From IMG/VR virus record IMGVR_UViG_3300045988_122441: DNA of 64,000 bases. The stretch is one strand, 5' to 3'. The position numbers and the translations under genes are program-made. Of the stretch, positions 46,884 to 56,473 are shown one piece after another (the first letter of the stretch is position 1; every line of letters begins with the position of its first letter). The DNA comes from a virus. The notes below the pieces were generated by a model that was not told the origin of the DNA, made no database searches, and was given only the letters and a program-made list of their open reading frames with translations.

Positions 46884-47911
46884 TATTCATCACCATCCTG
46901 ACTTTCTGAGTACGCATCGATCAATAAAGATTCATCGTCCTCATCTTCGTATTCAGGCTTTTCTACTCGAAGTCTATTAATTTCATCCTCATACAACCTG
47001 GTATATCCATTCTTTACACCGCACATTTTGCATATATGCCCCAGCCATGTGAACACGTATTTTTTAATGCGGTTGACATCCTGTAAAGATTTATCAATTT
47101 CAGGTAATGGACGTTTGTTCTCATACCTAAATAACCATACGCCAAGCGGAGTGTTAGCTATTGAAGCATCCAGTTCGTCAGATTTCTTTTGAGCTGGCTT
47201 GAGGTTTAAACTACCAATCAGTGTATTCAGTGAGTTTACGCTCTTGTCAATAGATTTTCCGGCAGCAGCGTCCTTCGATATACTTACTTCAAGATTGCAG
47301 AGCTGTCTCATTAACACGTCGCTACCGATATCATTTCCGCCAGCATCAGAGAAGGCATCTGGAAATTTTGAACTGTAATATTTGCGACGTTGTTCAAGCT
47401 GCTCATACATCTCTTTAGAATACCCAGTTCCCCAAAAGGCAATTACTTCTTGCGGGATATCCGGTTCATCGGCAGTATTTGACTCATCTGCCTCATCTGG
47501 TTCTATATCTTGTGGTTCTGCTGCAACCTGTGTAGTATCAAAAGACCACAGGATGCCCTCGTCGAGCAAAGTATCATCATAGCTTTTACCTGCACATGAG
47601 ACGCTATTGATACGAACAATATACTGTGTCATTAATGATCGCACAGAACTTTTCTTTACTACACTATCAAAAATACTTTCATTCCAGTATAAGTCTAGTT
47701 TACGGCATGTCTGTCTGACCGCCATTTTTGAGTCCTTACATTGTGCGAGATATTGACTATATATTTTGTCAATACACGATCTGCAATACGGGATGTACCC
47801 CAGACCTTTATATAGTTCTCCGTAACTTACAGGGAAAAATCCCTTTCTTTTGGAGTATCCAGTACCGCATGTGGGACAGATTACTTTATCTGTGTTCATT
47901 TCCAAAGCCAT
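46883..47911 (-). CDS. hypothetical protein in the small-terminase position (N-terminal zinc ribbon)
   Basis: CPTCG..CRSC. Acidic linkers. Directly upstream of and coupled to terL. Confidence 0.35.
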   Translation of the reverse strand: MALEMNTDKVICPTCGTGYSKRKGFFPVSYGELYKGLGYIPYCRSCIDKIYSQYLAQCKDSKMAVRQTCRKLDLYWNESIFDSVVKKSSVRSLMTQYIVRINSVSCAGKSYDDTLLDEGILWSFDTTQVAAEPQDIEPDEADESNTADEPDIPQEVIAFWGTGYSKEMYEQLEQRRKYYSSKFPDAFSDAGGNDIGSDVLMRQLCNLEVSISKDAAAGKSIDKSVNSLNTLIGSLNLKPAQKKSDELDASIANTPLGVWLFRYENKRPLPEIDKSLQDVNRIKKYVFTWLGHICKMCGVKNGYTRLYEDEINRLRVEKPEYEDEDDESLLIDAYSESQDGDE

Positions 47912-48375
47912 TATTCATCACCATCCTCTTCGTTAAAATCAGGTGATTCATAGCTGGATAGACGCTCAGCCAAAGAAAGTTCATACATTTTGGCACACAT
48001 CTTTAAATCCTTGCCAGATTCAAACTTTGGTACATACCTGCCAGAGACTTCAACATCTTCATGCGTGACTGGATGTTTATTAGTTCGCGGTTTTCTGTAG
48101 TTTAGAGAGAGAGTACCGAACCCTCTAATAGACACAGACTCACCTCGTTTTAAACTGTCACCAATAACCGCAAGGCAGGTGTCCATCATTGCCTCTACAT
48201 CGTCATATGTAAATAGAACACCTTTATCTGTTTTCTTGACAACAAAGTCTTTTGTATTTCCTTCGTCATCAGATATATGGAAAACCTGCTTTTGGGATGA
48301 GACAGGTTTCCGAATATTATTTTCTCGCATCACGTTTGCAATGCGACGGACTAATTCCTTTCTATTCATATTCAC
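47911..48375 (-). CDS. HU/IHF-family DNA-binding protein with an insertion
   Basis: MNRKELVRRIA.. and IRGFGTLSLNYRKPRTNKHPVTHEDVEVSGRYVPKFESGKDLK match the HU fold signature. Confidence 0.7.
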   Translation of the reverse strand: MNMNRKELVRRIANVMRENNIRKPVSSQKQVFHISDDEGNTKDFVVKKTDKGVLFTYDDVEAMMDTCLAVIGDSLKRGESVSIRGFGTLSLNYRKPRTNKHPVTHEDVEVSGRYVPKFESGKDLKMCAKMYELSLAERLSSYESPDFNEEDGDE

Positions 48376-48395
48376 AATCTCCTTTGTCTCTGTAT

Positions 48396-49424
48396 TTACA
48401 GGTCTCCCAAGCCTTTCTGCTCGGGCGCAACAATATCGCCATCTTTAAAGTACATTCCGATCTGTTCATCAGCATCAATGTCTTTGTACAACTGAACCAT
48501 ATCAGAAGACTCCCATGCGACAATACTCTGGATTACTCCGTCCGGGATTCCGGCTTTCGCAAGACTGGTGGTGAAATAATGTCGCAGGCTATGAATATAG
48601 GCTGGCTTGCCCGATAACCTTGAGAACGTATTTGACCAGCTATTAATGGTTGAGATCTGGATATGTTCTTCTGGATTCTTTGCATCGGGGAACAACCATT
48701 CGCTATCGCCATATTTGTCCAGACGACGATTGCGCCACATATCGAGATATGGGGTGAACTTCTTTGCAAGCGTGTAGCAGTTAATCATCTTGCCACCGCC
48801 TCTGCCTTTAGTTTTGATTGGAGCGCTTTTATACAAAGCCCCACCGCATACCAGTTTATCCTCATCAAAATCTGATATCTTGAATCTACATAATTCGGAT
48901 TTCCTTCTTCCACTGTACATTGCGAGAGCGAGATAGCAGGCTTTTTCATAATCCTTGCGCTCAACAAGCTTCTCCAACAACGCCTCAAGTTCAGAATCCT
49001 CCCATACTGTCTTTTCTCTGACAGGTCTATTCACCGGATTCTCTACTTTGTTGATAATATTTCTGAAATTAGGAAATTCATCATCCAATACGCTTTCAAT
49101 GAAATTGCTCATGGATGAGAGAGCAGCTTTCAACCTTCTGATTCTGGCTGGGCTATTCTCATTTGAATTTAAAAGCCAATTCTGATAAGCAACGATATTT
49201 CGTTTTGTCCAATTCACGAAGAATGTATTGTTGTTATGCTGTAAGCACCACACGAATGCAATCTGAATATCGTTTTCATATCCAGCAATAGTTGTTTCGC
49301 TTCTCTGGATTGAGCGAAGATAGTCCTTGAAGTCTTCAAGTAACTGTGTATTTTCTGGATTCACTTGCGCCAGCAGCTCTGGGCTAGTGATTGAGTTCAT
49401 TTTTGTCTTACGTCCCACGCGCAA
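48396..49424 (-). CDS. second tyrosine recombinase (XerC/D-like)
   Basis: N-terminal SAM-like domain. Catalytic ..RRKSEL.. and IHSLRHYFTTSLAKAGI..VQLY. The true start is probably GTG 49418 or ATG 49400. Confidence 0.85.
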   Translation of the reverse strand: MRVGRKTKMNSITSPELLAQVNPENTQLLEDFKDYLRSIQRSETTIAGYENDIQIAFVWCLQHNNNTFFVNWTKRNIVAYQNWLLNSNENSPARIRRLKAALSSMSNFIESVLDDEFPNFRNIINKVENPVNRPVREKTVWEDSELEALLEKLVERKDYEKACYLALAMYSGRRKSELCRFKISDFDEDKLVCGGALYKSAPIKTKGRGGGKMINCYTLAKKFTPYLDMWRNRRLDKYGDSEWLFPDAKNPEEHIQISTINSWSNTFSRLSGKPAYIHSLRHYFTTSLAKAGIPDGVIQSIVAWESSDMVQLYKDIDADEQIGMYFKDGDIVAPEQKGLGDL

Positions 49425-49449
49425 GTACCTCCTTTGTTATTATTTTGAA

Positions 49450-49532
49450 TGGGAAGTGATGGAGTCGAACCACCCGAGCCGTTAAGCAACTGATTTACAG
49501 TCAGCACCGCTACCTCTACGGGATAACTTCCC
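49450..49532 (-). tRNA. tRNA-Tyr(GUA): tRNA-Tyr (anticodon GUA), class II with a long variable arm
   Basis: Folded by hand. Acceptor GGGAAGU / ACUUCCC plus discriminator A. Anticodon stem GCUGA / UCAGU with loop CUGUAAA. 14-nt variable arm. T arm GGUGG-UUCGACU-CCAUC. CCA is not encoded. Confidence 0.85.
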
Positions 49533-49563
49533 AAATAAAAACCGGAGCATTTTACAGCTCCGG
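49533..49563 (-). terminator. rho-independent terminator
   Basis: CCGGAGC / GCTCCGG stem, followed on the minus strand by TTTTTATTT. Downstream of the phosphoesterase gene. Confidence 0.7.
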
Positions 49564-49572
49564 CTATGTCCG

Positions 49573-50778
49573 TTATGTAGTTTTTAAATCAATGTCATAA
49601 TGACACGCAATTCCAGTATCATCGCAGACGCATACCATCTGCTCAGGCGTACCATAGATTCTCTTCTGAACACAGAAGTCATCTACGCCCATGAAACTTC
49701 CAGCCATGACAGTTTTGATTCCCTGGATTGATTCGACACGATTATGATGCAGATGTCCTGACAGAATTGCATACACCGGCTTGCCTGCCAGCGTCTGTAA
49801 AGACTGTACTTTGGCGGCAGATCCGTCATAATCGCCATGAATGCCGAGATATGTCTTTCCTCGAATATCGACGGTATACATCGTTTCATCAATTTTGTCG
49901 TCCATGACGAATACATTCTTGAAATTCTGCAGTCTTGCCTTGATATACCACTCAACCAGATCATCTAAGCGTTCTGTATGCAGAGAGTTCTCTTTATTAG
50001 GAGAAATTCTACTATGATTACCAGCGACACTGATAAATGACACTGTGTTGAAATGTTTACTAAGTTCTGCTAAGAATGTAGATATCAGCTCCGATACACC
50101 TGTAATCTGCTGGATAACATTTTCCTTATTGGTAACAGCGATAGAATAGTGGATGTTTCCAGATATCAGATCGCCATTCGCCCATACAATGCAATTTTCG
50201 CTATTATGTCGTTTGCCAATTTCGATAATACGATCGAGGTAAGACCGCATCATCTCTACACAAATGTCAGAATTATAGACATTCCATGCGTTATGTACGT
50301 TTGCTCCATAATGGATATCATTCAGGCTTACCAACAGGTCATTATCAGAAGGTATAATATCATGTGGTTGATATTCAAGACCTTTCATATTGCCTTGCAG
50401 TATTGCATTAGTAAGAATTTCATTCAATTCTTCCTGTCTGGAGCGTACTCTAATGGAGCTGTTGAGAGCAACACGCTGATCGTACATTTTCTGCTTCTCT
50501 TTGCGTAACTCTAATATCTTTTCGTCGATTTCTGACATCATATTCTTATCACTAACAGCTGACAGATTCATGCTATCCATGAGTTCAAGCGTTTTTCGAC
50601 TGCCATACATCATACGTCTCGCAACATCACTCGAATAAGGTTGACCGTATACCTTTTCGGACAGTTCGACATAATCTACATCCGCAAGTGTACGATCAAC
50701 AAGCTTACCATAAATAAGTCGCTTATGATAATCCATAAGCGACTCTTGTGGTTGTCGTTCTATATTCATATTGAGCAC
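49573..50778 (-). CDS. calcineurin-like metallophosphoesterase (Mre11/SbcD-type motifs)
   Basis: Motifs NDIHYG, NGDLISG, AGNHSR, GIHGD, LSGHLHH. About 150 extra N-terminal residues. Confidence 0.7.
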   Translation of the reverse strand: MLNMNIERQPQESLMDYHKRLIYGKLVDRTLADVDYVELSEKVYGQPYSSDVARRMMYGSRKTLELMDSMNLSAVSDKNMMSEIDEKILELRKEKQKMYDQRVALNSSIRVRSRQEELNEILTNAILQGNMKGLEYQPHDIIPSDNDLLVSLNDIHYGANVHNAWNVYNSDICVEMMRSYLDRIIEIGKRHNSENCIVWANGDLISGNIHYSIAVTNKENVIQQITGVSELISTFLAELSKHFNTVSFISVAGNHSRISPNKENSLHTERLDDLVEWYIKARLQNFKNVFVMDDKIDETMYTVDIRGKTYLGIHGDYDGSAAKVQSLQTLAGKPVYAILSGHLHHNRVESIQGIKTVMAGSFMGVDDFCVQKRIYGTPEQMVCVCDDTGIACHYDIDLKTT

Positions 50779-50958
50779 CTACCCTTCGGCGCACACAGTA
50801 CACTCGTTACGGTATGCTTTAAGGAAAGCCATGATTCTGTCAGACTCTTCACAGAAATAATGATGTCTGCCAGATTTATGTTTCATGGTTCTACGGATAT
50901 GTGCATCTGGAAAACTTTTTAAAATTGCTTCCTTCTCAACCTTTGTTACTCTAACCAT
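50779..50958 (-). CDS. small hypothetical protein
   Basis: AAGGAG lies 7 nt upstream of ATG 50958 (MVRVTKVEKEAILKSF..). Confidence 0.45.
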   Translation of the reverse strand: MVRVTKVEKEAILKSFPDAHIRRTMKHKSGRHHYFCEESDRIMAFLKAYRNECTVCAEG

Positions 50959-51103
50959 TTCGATTCTCCTTCGACTCTTGTATTTATAGAACAATCACGT
51001 TCATATATTCCCTTCATACAAGCACCTCATCAAATACCTATATACGGTTGAGTATCAATACGATAAGAGTGGTAGCAAATTTATATCGTGCTAAAAAAAT
51101 AAT

Positions 51104-51889
51104 TTACACACCTAAATTTTTCCTTCGCATGATGTAGTTTACCCGCTGTTGAACGGCTATTTCTGTGGCGCACGCTTTGCAGAATTTCTGTTTCCGTCCT
51201 TTTTCTGGGTCTGTATATTTTACTGTAATACCGCAATTTTCGCATTCAAAGTACGGGTTACGTTTATGCTTTCTATATTTATATTTCATATACTGATACC
51301 CCAGATTGCGAAAATCTGATACCGATAAAGCAACAGGAGAGGAGCCATCTACGAAGCATACACGAACGTTTGTGTTATCAATACGCTTAGAGAATCGGAG
51401 TAACCCAGCATCTTTTAATACGCCGTATAATAAACATTGCCGTTTAATAGATGTATTAATATTTGCAAGAGCCATTATTTCATTATCCTTATTATTTACC
51501 CAGTAATCAGTCTCCGGTGATACAGCATACCAATATTTAGCAAGACACAGAAGAGTAAAGGCTAATCTCTCTAGCTGGACACCATCCAATGACTCGATAA
51601 GCTTCAGCTCATTCTCTGTAATATCGAGTTGGTCAATATCGACTGCTTCATATTTGAAAGCACTGGTTACTGCGTACTCAAGAGCTGCGTCCCATTTTGG
51701 GAGAGAAGCAAGTGGGTCGCATTGTAATAGGAAGATATCCAGTTTCTGACGTACTTCTTTTTTCTTTTCATACCCATTATCTATGTAATATCTCGCAATG
51801 CGACGCAATGTTTCAGATGGTTTCTTTCCAAGTGATTTGGACTGAATCATTTTTTCAGCCCAATCATTTTCTTTTAATACAATACTCAT
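51104..51889 (-). CDS. hypothetical protein with a C-terminal zinc finger
   Basis: 261 aa. CENCG..CKAC. Coupled to the upstream RNAP-like gene. Confidence 0.45.
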   Translation of the reverse strand: MSIVLKENDWAEKMIQSKSLGKKPSETLRRIARYYIDNGYEKKKEVRQKLDIFLLQCDPLASLPKWDAALEYAVTSAFKYEAVDIDQLDITENELKLIESLDGVQLERLAFTLLCLAKYWYAVSPETDYWVNNKDNEIMALANINTSIKRQCLLYGVLKDAGLLRFSKRIDNTNVRVCFVDGSSPVALSVSDFRNLGYQYMKYKYRKHKRNPYFECENCGITVKYTDPEKGRKQKFCKACATEIAVQQRVNYIMRRKNLGV

Positions 51890-54633
51890 TCGTTCACCTC
51901 TAATTTCTTTGATACTATTTTGAATCGTTCACCACAATACTCAATGTCACCATCTGCATCCAGTGTTGGGAAATTAACTGTGTGATTATGGTTTAATAAT
52001 AAATTATGTATAATTTCTGAGCCACACATATTCCAAGCAAATCTTTTGGATGAGCTTTTCTGGTAGCACAGATCCAGAACAATATTGCACAGAGCGGACT
52101 CATTCTGGCAGATAATATCACAGGATTTGCGGAACTCTGCATTCATTTCAGAAAGTTCTGTAAATGCGTCGTACTTGTCGATCTTTTCGCTCTGAGCAAA
52201 TACGGTATAGCTCTGCATTTTTTTGTTGTAGTCTTCATAAAGCTTTTTGATAGCCCTATATTGCGTGGTGGTATAATCCTCAGAAGCATTTTTCATAATC
52301 GTGTAATCAAACTTGATTTTGGAATTATGCTTTCTGATATACCCATCAAACTCTTGCTCGAATCGTTTGCATATTTTGTTCATGACACACTCGCCAGTAC
52401 CTACAGGCATCCGGTAGTCATAATATCTAAGAAAATCAGATTGCCGTTCTGTCAGCTCATCGGCAGGAACCATTCTCAACTCATCAACAGTCATCTGGAA
52501 TTCTCTCAGGCAGTTTCGATTCGTATTTTTTATGTATTGATTATATTGTTTCATGAGAGCTGGGTAGATATATCTCATAAAGTATGGCTTCTTGTCAGCA
52601 ACAATACTTCTATAGAAGTCCCTTAGTTCATCATCCTCGATTTTATTTGCAGCGTGTCTATCGTGCCATGTTCTCGGCATCGGCTTGCAAATAATTCCTT
52701 TCGCCTTGTCGATTGCATTCTGCTGATATAACTGACCGCATCTGATACGATAGGAGAGTGTGTCGTACTCAACACTTCCTTTTGGATAATGAGAACGAAC
52801 CTCGAACATTGATGTAATATAGTTTGTTGTCTGTCCGATGTCATTACCGAAGCTCTCAATATTGGAACGTACAAAATCGTCTTCAGTAGGAATTGTCTTA
52901 GCTGCCTTTCGCTGAGCGCACATAAGAGCCGGAAGCGGTTCTAACTTCTCAACGAGGATTCTATTGTCACTGAGCATGACCAAATCACCGTCAAAGTCCA
53001 TTCCGTTTAATGCAGCAGCTGCGGTGTCCCATGCGTTGAAAATCGTACAGGTCTTCATATGTTGATACCAATAATCAGCATCGGAGCTATGAACGGGATA
53101 TACCAAACGGATGTTATTGTGGCAGGTCATAGGCGCACGAAAACAAGCAAGCTTCTCTGAACCAAAATCTCTCCAGTATTTATTGTAGATTTCTCCAGAT
53201 TTCAACAGACCGGTTACTTCCAATCCAAACATGTTCTGGCAGAGTGCGTATGGATCACCAGACACTATAGAATAATTGCCATGAACTTTAAGTACGCCCA
53301 CTTTAGCTTCATCGATACGATTTTTGATAAGCTGGTATATTGCGTTTTGAACAAACGGGTCATCAATCATACGCTTATCAATCATAATTGCCTTTACAAA
53401 ATCATCATCCAGATTTTCAATATTGGACTCATTCATACCGATGCCTTTTAAAAACAGCAGTGTTTTACGCCAATCACCATGGAGAACGTCTTTGATTTCA
53501 TTCATAGTTGGGGCTATCAGTTCTTCAATCTCATCATCGGATAAATTGTAGCTCTGAATGAACTGATAGTTCAGTGAGTGCTCACTTTCCAATTCTTTTG
53601 GACAGGTCTTTGCGATTCCGAATGTGTATCCGTTGGATAATGAGTTTCGTACATACGCTTCGCAGCTATCATAACTATCCCAGAGCTTTACCATAGAAGT
53701 AGTGAGAATCAATTCTACATCACGCACATCGAAATCATTTCCCCACGCATCTTTGATAATGTATTTTCCTCCGGCAATCTTTTCTGCAAAATCTACATAA
53801 TCAAATGTGAAAGCCATTCCTTTTTCAAATGAGAAGCGGGTATTTGCTCCACTGATTGTATAGTCGAGTCCAAGCTCTTTGCTCCAACGCTCTGCGAGTG
53901 ATGGGAGCATCATTCCGAAACCATCTGATGCATCAAGATCAACCTTTTGCTGTTTCTGTAACTCCATTGTCGGTTCGCCATCGCATTCATCAGTCAGATA
54001 TACAATGTCAGAGAGGAACGAAGTCTCGCAGTCATTTACTACAGCGATTCCTTTCGGGAATGAAACTGGAGTAGAAGCACTACAGGTGAGAGCCTGATAC
54101 GCTTCGAGCTTTGCAGTAACCAGTTCTTTTTCTGGATTTCGTCCATTGGATATTCTGCGATGCAGTTCGTCAATAACCTTTTCGCTTACAAATACGATAG
54201 TGCTGTTCTTGATTCCACCATTGGTTCCGAGCAGGCGTCGATATTTTACGCCATTGATCTGAAAGCCTTTGCAGGCACGATAGTAGTCCTTTTCTTTGTC
54301 AATAATCAGAGTAACATAGTCTGCCTTATACTGAAGCTGATCCAAATCCTCATACAGTTTCTTAATGGCGTGTCTGTTTTTTACGCTGTTTGGAGCAGTT
54401 CTTAAACTGCGAATCTCTTCCTTGATTTTTTTAGCTTCAGCGTCTGCATCTGTGATGTCATTCAGATAATCAATCCAGCGCAATGTCTGGCTGTCCGCAA
54501 GAGATATCACTTCTTCATTCCTTCTTGCTTCCTCGATCGGGAGTGTTAGCCGCCAACGATGTTTACGAAGGCGGCTACTATGTAGCTTATAAATAAATTT
54601 TTGACAAGTAAGTTGCTTGCTAATTTTGAACAC
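51886..54633 (-). CDS. YonO-like single-subunit two-barrel RNA polymerase
   Basis: ACFRAPMTCHNNIRLV resembles the beta-prime NRAPTLH motif. LNGMDFDGDLVM resembles the universal NADFDGD metal-binding loop. 915 aa, similar in size to SPbeta YonO. GTG start with a weak SD. Confidence 0.65.
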   Translation of the reverse strand: MFKISKQLTCQKFIYKLHSSRLRKHRWRLTLPIEEARRNEEVISLADSQTLRWIDYLNDITDADAEAKKIKEEIRSLRTAPNSVKNRHAIKKLYEDLDQLQYKADYVTLIIDKEKDYYRACKGFQINGVKYRRLLGTNGGIKNSTIVFVSEKVIDELHRRISNGRNPEKELVTAKLEAYQALTCSASTPVSFPKGIAVVNDCETSFLSDIVYLTDECDGEPTMELQKQQKVDLDASDGFGMMLPSLAERWSKELGLDYTISGANTRFSFEKGMAFTFDYVDFAEKIAGGKYIIKDAWGNDFDVRDVELILTTSMVKLWDSYDSCEAYVRNSLSNGYTFGIAKTCPKELESEHSLNYQFIQSYNLSDDEIEELIAPTMNEIKDVLHGDWRKTLLFLKGIGMNESNIENLDDDFVKAIMIDKRMIDDPFVQNAIYQLIKNRIDEAKVGVLKVHGNYSIVSGDPYALCQNMFGLEVTGLLKSGEIYNKYWRDFGSEKLACFRAPMTCHNNIRLVYPVHSSDADYWYQHMKTCTIFNAWDTAAAALNGMDFDGDLVMLSDNRILVEKLEPLPALMCAQRKAAKTIPTEDDFVRSNIESFGNDIGQTTNYITSMFEVRSHYPKGSVEYDTLSYRIRCGQLYQQNAIDKAKGIICKPMPRTWHDRHAANKIEDDELRDFYRSIVADKKPYFMRYIYPALMKQYNQYIKNTNRNCLREFQMTVDELRMVPADELTERQSDFLRYYDYRMPVGTGECVMNKICKRFEQEFDGYIRKHNSKIKFDYTIMKNASEDYTTTQYRAIKKLYEDYNKKMQSYTVFAQSEKIDKYDAFTELSEMNAEFRKSCDIICQNESALCNIVLDLCYQKSSSKRFAWNMCGSEIIHNLLLNHNHTVNFPTLDADGDIEYCGERFKIVSKKLEVNE

Positions 54634-54643
54634 CTCATTTCAA

Positions 54644-54666
54644 GTAAATTATTTTATTAGCATGAT
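54644..54666 (-). promoter_or_regulatory. copy 4 of the 23-nt motif
   Basis: Minus sense ATCATGCTAATAAAATAATTTAC, ending 10 nt before the RNAP-like start codon. Confidence 0.4.
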
Positions 54667-54674
54667 TGCACAAA

Positions 54675-54902
54675 TCAATTATTGAACTCATTGATATACT
54701 CACGCCACGCACTTTCAAATTCTGATCGACCATCTTCGACTATTCGCTCTACGACATCATCTGTCAGTAAATCTCCATCAAGAGGATAGAAGTCCTCGCA
54801 TGGTGTTGCCTCGCTGCAGTTTTCTTTATATACACAGTTATTACATTTATGCTTCATTGATTGTATTTCCTCCCTGTACTGTTTCTTCAATCCAATTTTC
54901 AA
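54675..54902 (-). CDS. small Cys-rich hypothetical protein
   Basis: 75 aa with CNNC..C..C. Overlaps the end of the upstream ATPase gene. Confidence 0.4.
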   Translation of the reverse strand: MKIGLKKQYREEIQSMKHKCNNCVYKENCSEATPCEDFYPLDGDLLTDDVVERIVEDGRSEFESAWREYINEFNN

Positions 54903-56094
54903 GCAGATTCCTCATACGTCTGCTCGGTATGTATAAATATATTTCATCTCCATCCCGGATGGCTGATCGCCAGATCCACTGAACCATAATAGACAGAGCA
55001 TACATATCATCGTCAGCCTCTATGCCATGCTTGTGGTAAAATGTCTTTTCACCAACATTCATAAAGAGATTGACCAGATATATCATATAATGTCGGTTCC
55101 TATATTCGTTTGTCGCTTTCATATTAAATCGCAAGAATGACCTCGTATATCCTTTACCACTAATTTTGCATCGGCAGTCATTGAACGTACCCCACATTTT
55201 CTCACCGGCTGGAGCATTTCTCCAAATATTATTAATGCAGTTGTTGACATTATTCTTTAACTGTTCTACATTGTTTTCGTCTCTGCCAAACCAACTCATT
55301 GATAACGCATGATAGCTGTCACCGATATTGTTCATCCTATCATTATCCAGAATATGAATCATATCTTTTAAATGGCTGACATATTCCGGTGTATAGCCAG
55401 GGTAGTCACAGAATCGGTAGTGTCCTGACTCTGTTTTCTGGATACCAATATACTCATATGGAAGCTGGTACATCTCCAGAAAATGATGAAGCGATTGCCC
55501 TTTGAATATGTATGTCAGTATGATTACATCTTTGAATGCCGTGATTAACTCCGGTGGCAATACCCAATAAAAAAGATGTGTGCCAGCACTGTCTTCCATC
55601 TGAATTAACTGACGAACCTTTAAGAATTGCCGCAGCTCGTGATAAAGTCTTCCGTTATAATCTTCTTTGGCAAGATAGTAAGTATCCTCATCTCGAATAA
55701 TCAGCCCAGAGTCAATAGCTAATTGAATGTCATCCGGATGAAAATCATATTTCTCCAGAACATCTACGTTTTCATCAATGATGAGGCGATAGCCATATTC
55801 CCGGATGTCATCCAACATGTCCTCCGTATATCGCTTAAATGCTTGATGCGTGGTTGTGATATTCTTTCCTTGTTTAATAAGAGCAGCGGTATGCTCGCTT
55901 TTCTTAAATCCATACTCTTTTAGCTTGTCACTTGGTTCTACGAAATGCATTGACTTGCATCCATTCTTAATTCGTTCAGCTTCTTCCAAGTATGGTGTGA
56001 TGTATATGAACTTTTCTTCCTTATGTTCATTCATATACGTGATAGCAGCACTGGACTTGCCAGTACCCATGATTGCATCACAAACTTGGATCAT
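54847..56094 (-). CDS. P-loop NTPase (helicase-like)
   Basis: AGGAGG precedes ATG 56094. Walker A MGTGKSS, Walker B LIIDENV, TTHQAF motif. First gene of the leftward array. Confidence 0.55.
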   Translation of the reverse strand: MIQVCDAIMGTGKSSAAITYMNEHKEEKFIYITPYLEEAERIKNGCKSMHFVEPSDKLKEYGFKKSEHTAALIKQGKNITTTHQAFKRYTEDMLDDIREYGYRLIIDENVDVLEKYDFHPDDIQLAIDSGLIIRDEDTYYLAKEDYNGRLYHELRQFLKVRQLIQMEDSAGTHLFYWVLPPELITAFKDVIILTYIFKGQSLHHFLEMYQLPYEYIGIQKTESGHYRFCDYPGYTPEYVSHLKDMIHILDNDRMNNIGDSYHALSMSWFGRDENNVEQLKNNVNNCINNIWRNAPAGEKMWGTFNDCRCKISGKGYTRSFLRFNMKATNEYRNRHYMIYLVNLFMNVGEKTFYHKHGIEADDDMYALSIMVQWIWRSAIRDGDEIYLYIPSRRMRNLLENWIEETVQGGNTINEA

Positions 56095-56165
56095 TTTAAA
56101 CCTCCTTTTTACGATTTCTTTTTGTGATTTTACAACCTAAAAGTTGTAACTCATTTCTTAATCCG

Positions 56166-56178
56166 TTGATTATCAATG
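56166..56178. promoter_or_regulatory. palindromic operator-like site TTGATTATCAATG (copy 1)
   Basis: Identical 13-mer repeated at 56474-56486, inside the divergent control region. Confidence 0.4.
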
Positions 56179-56277
56179 TCTTACATGGGCGTTCCTAACA
56201 ACTATAGAAAAACACCATCTTTGCTTTTGATATAAGGCTGCTTGATAGAGCGTTAAATACACAGCGGATTCAACATT

Positions 56278-56300
56278 GTAAATAATTTAATTAGCTTTAC
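56278..56300 (-). promoter_or_regulatory. copy 5 of the 23-nt motif
   Basis: Minus sense GTAAAGCTAATTAAATTATTTAC, in the divergent control region. Confidence 0.4.
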
Positions 56301-56382
56301 AATCCAAAAATAAAATCTGCAATAAATAAGCAGATCATTTATTTAGCATTATTATACCATTGTTTGCATGGTATGTCAATAA

Positions 56383-56405
56383 GTAAATAATTTAATTAGC
56401 ATGTA
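56383..56405 (-). promoter_or_regulatory. copy 6 of the 23-nt motif
   Basis: Minus sense TACATGCTAATTAAATTATTTAC, in the divergent control region. Confidence 0.4.
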
Positions 56406-56473
56406 AAATGCAAGTAATTATTTTATAGGATCTGGTTCGCTGGTTACCGTCTTTTCTTATTGGATAGGTAATA

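Noticed and set aside
51081-51101. Seventh copy of the 23-nt motif, on the plus strand (CGTGCTAAAAAAATAATTTAC)
   Set aside because: It has more mismatches and the opposite orientation, and it overlaps the stop codon of a minus-strand gene. Probably AT-rich background. Kept as a caution for the promoter hypothesis.
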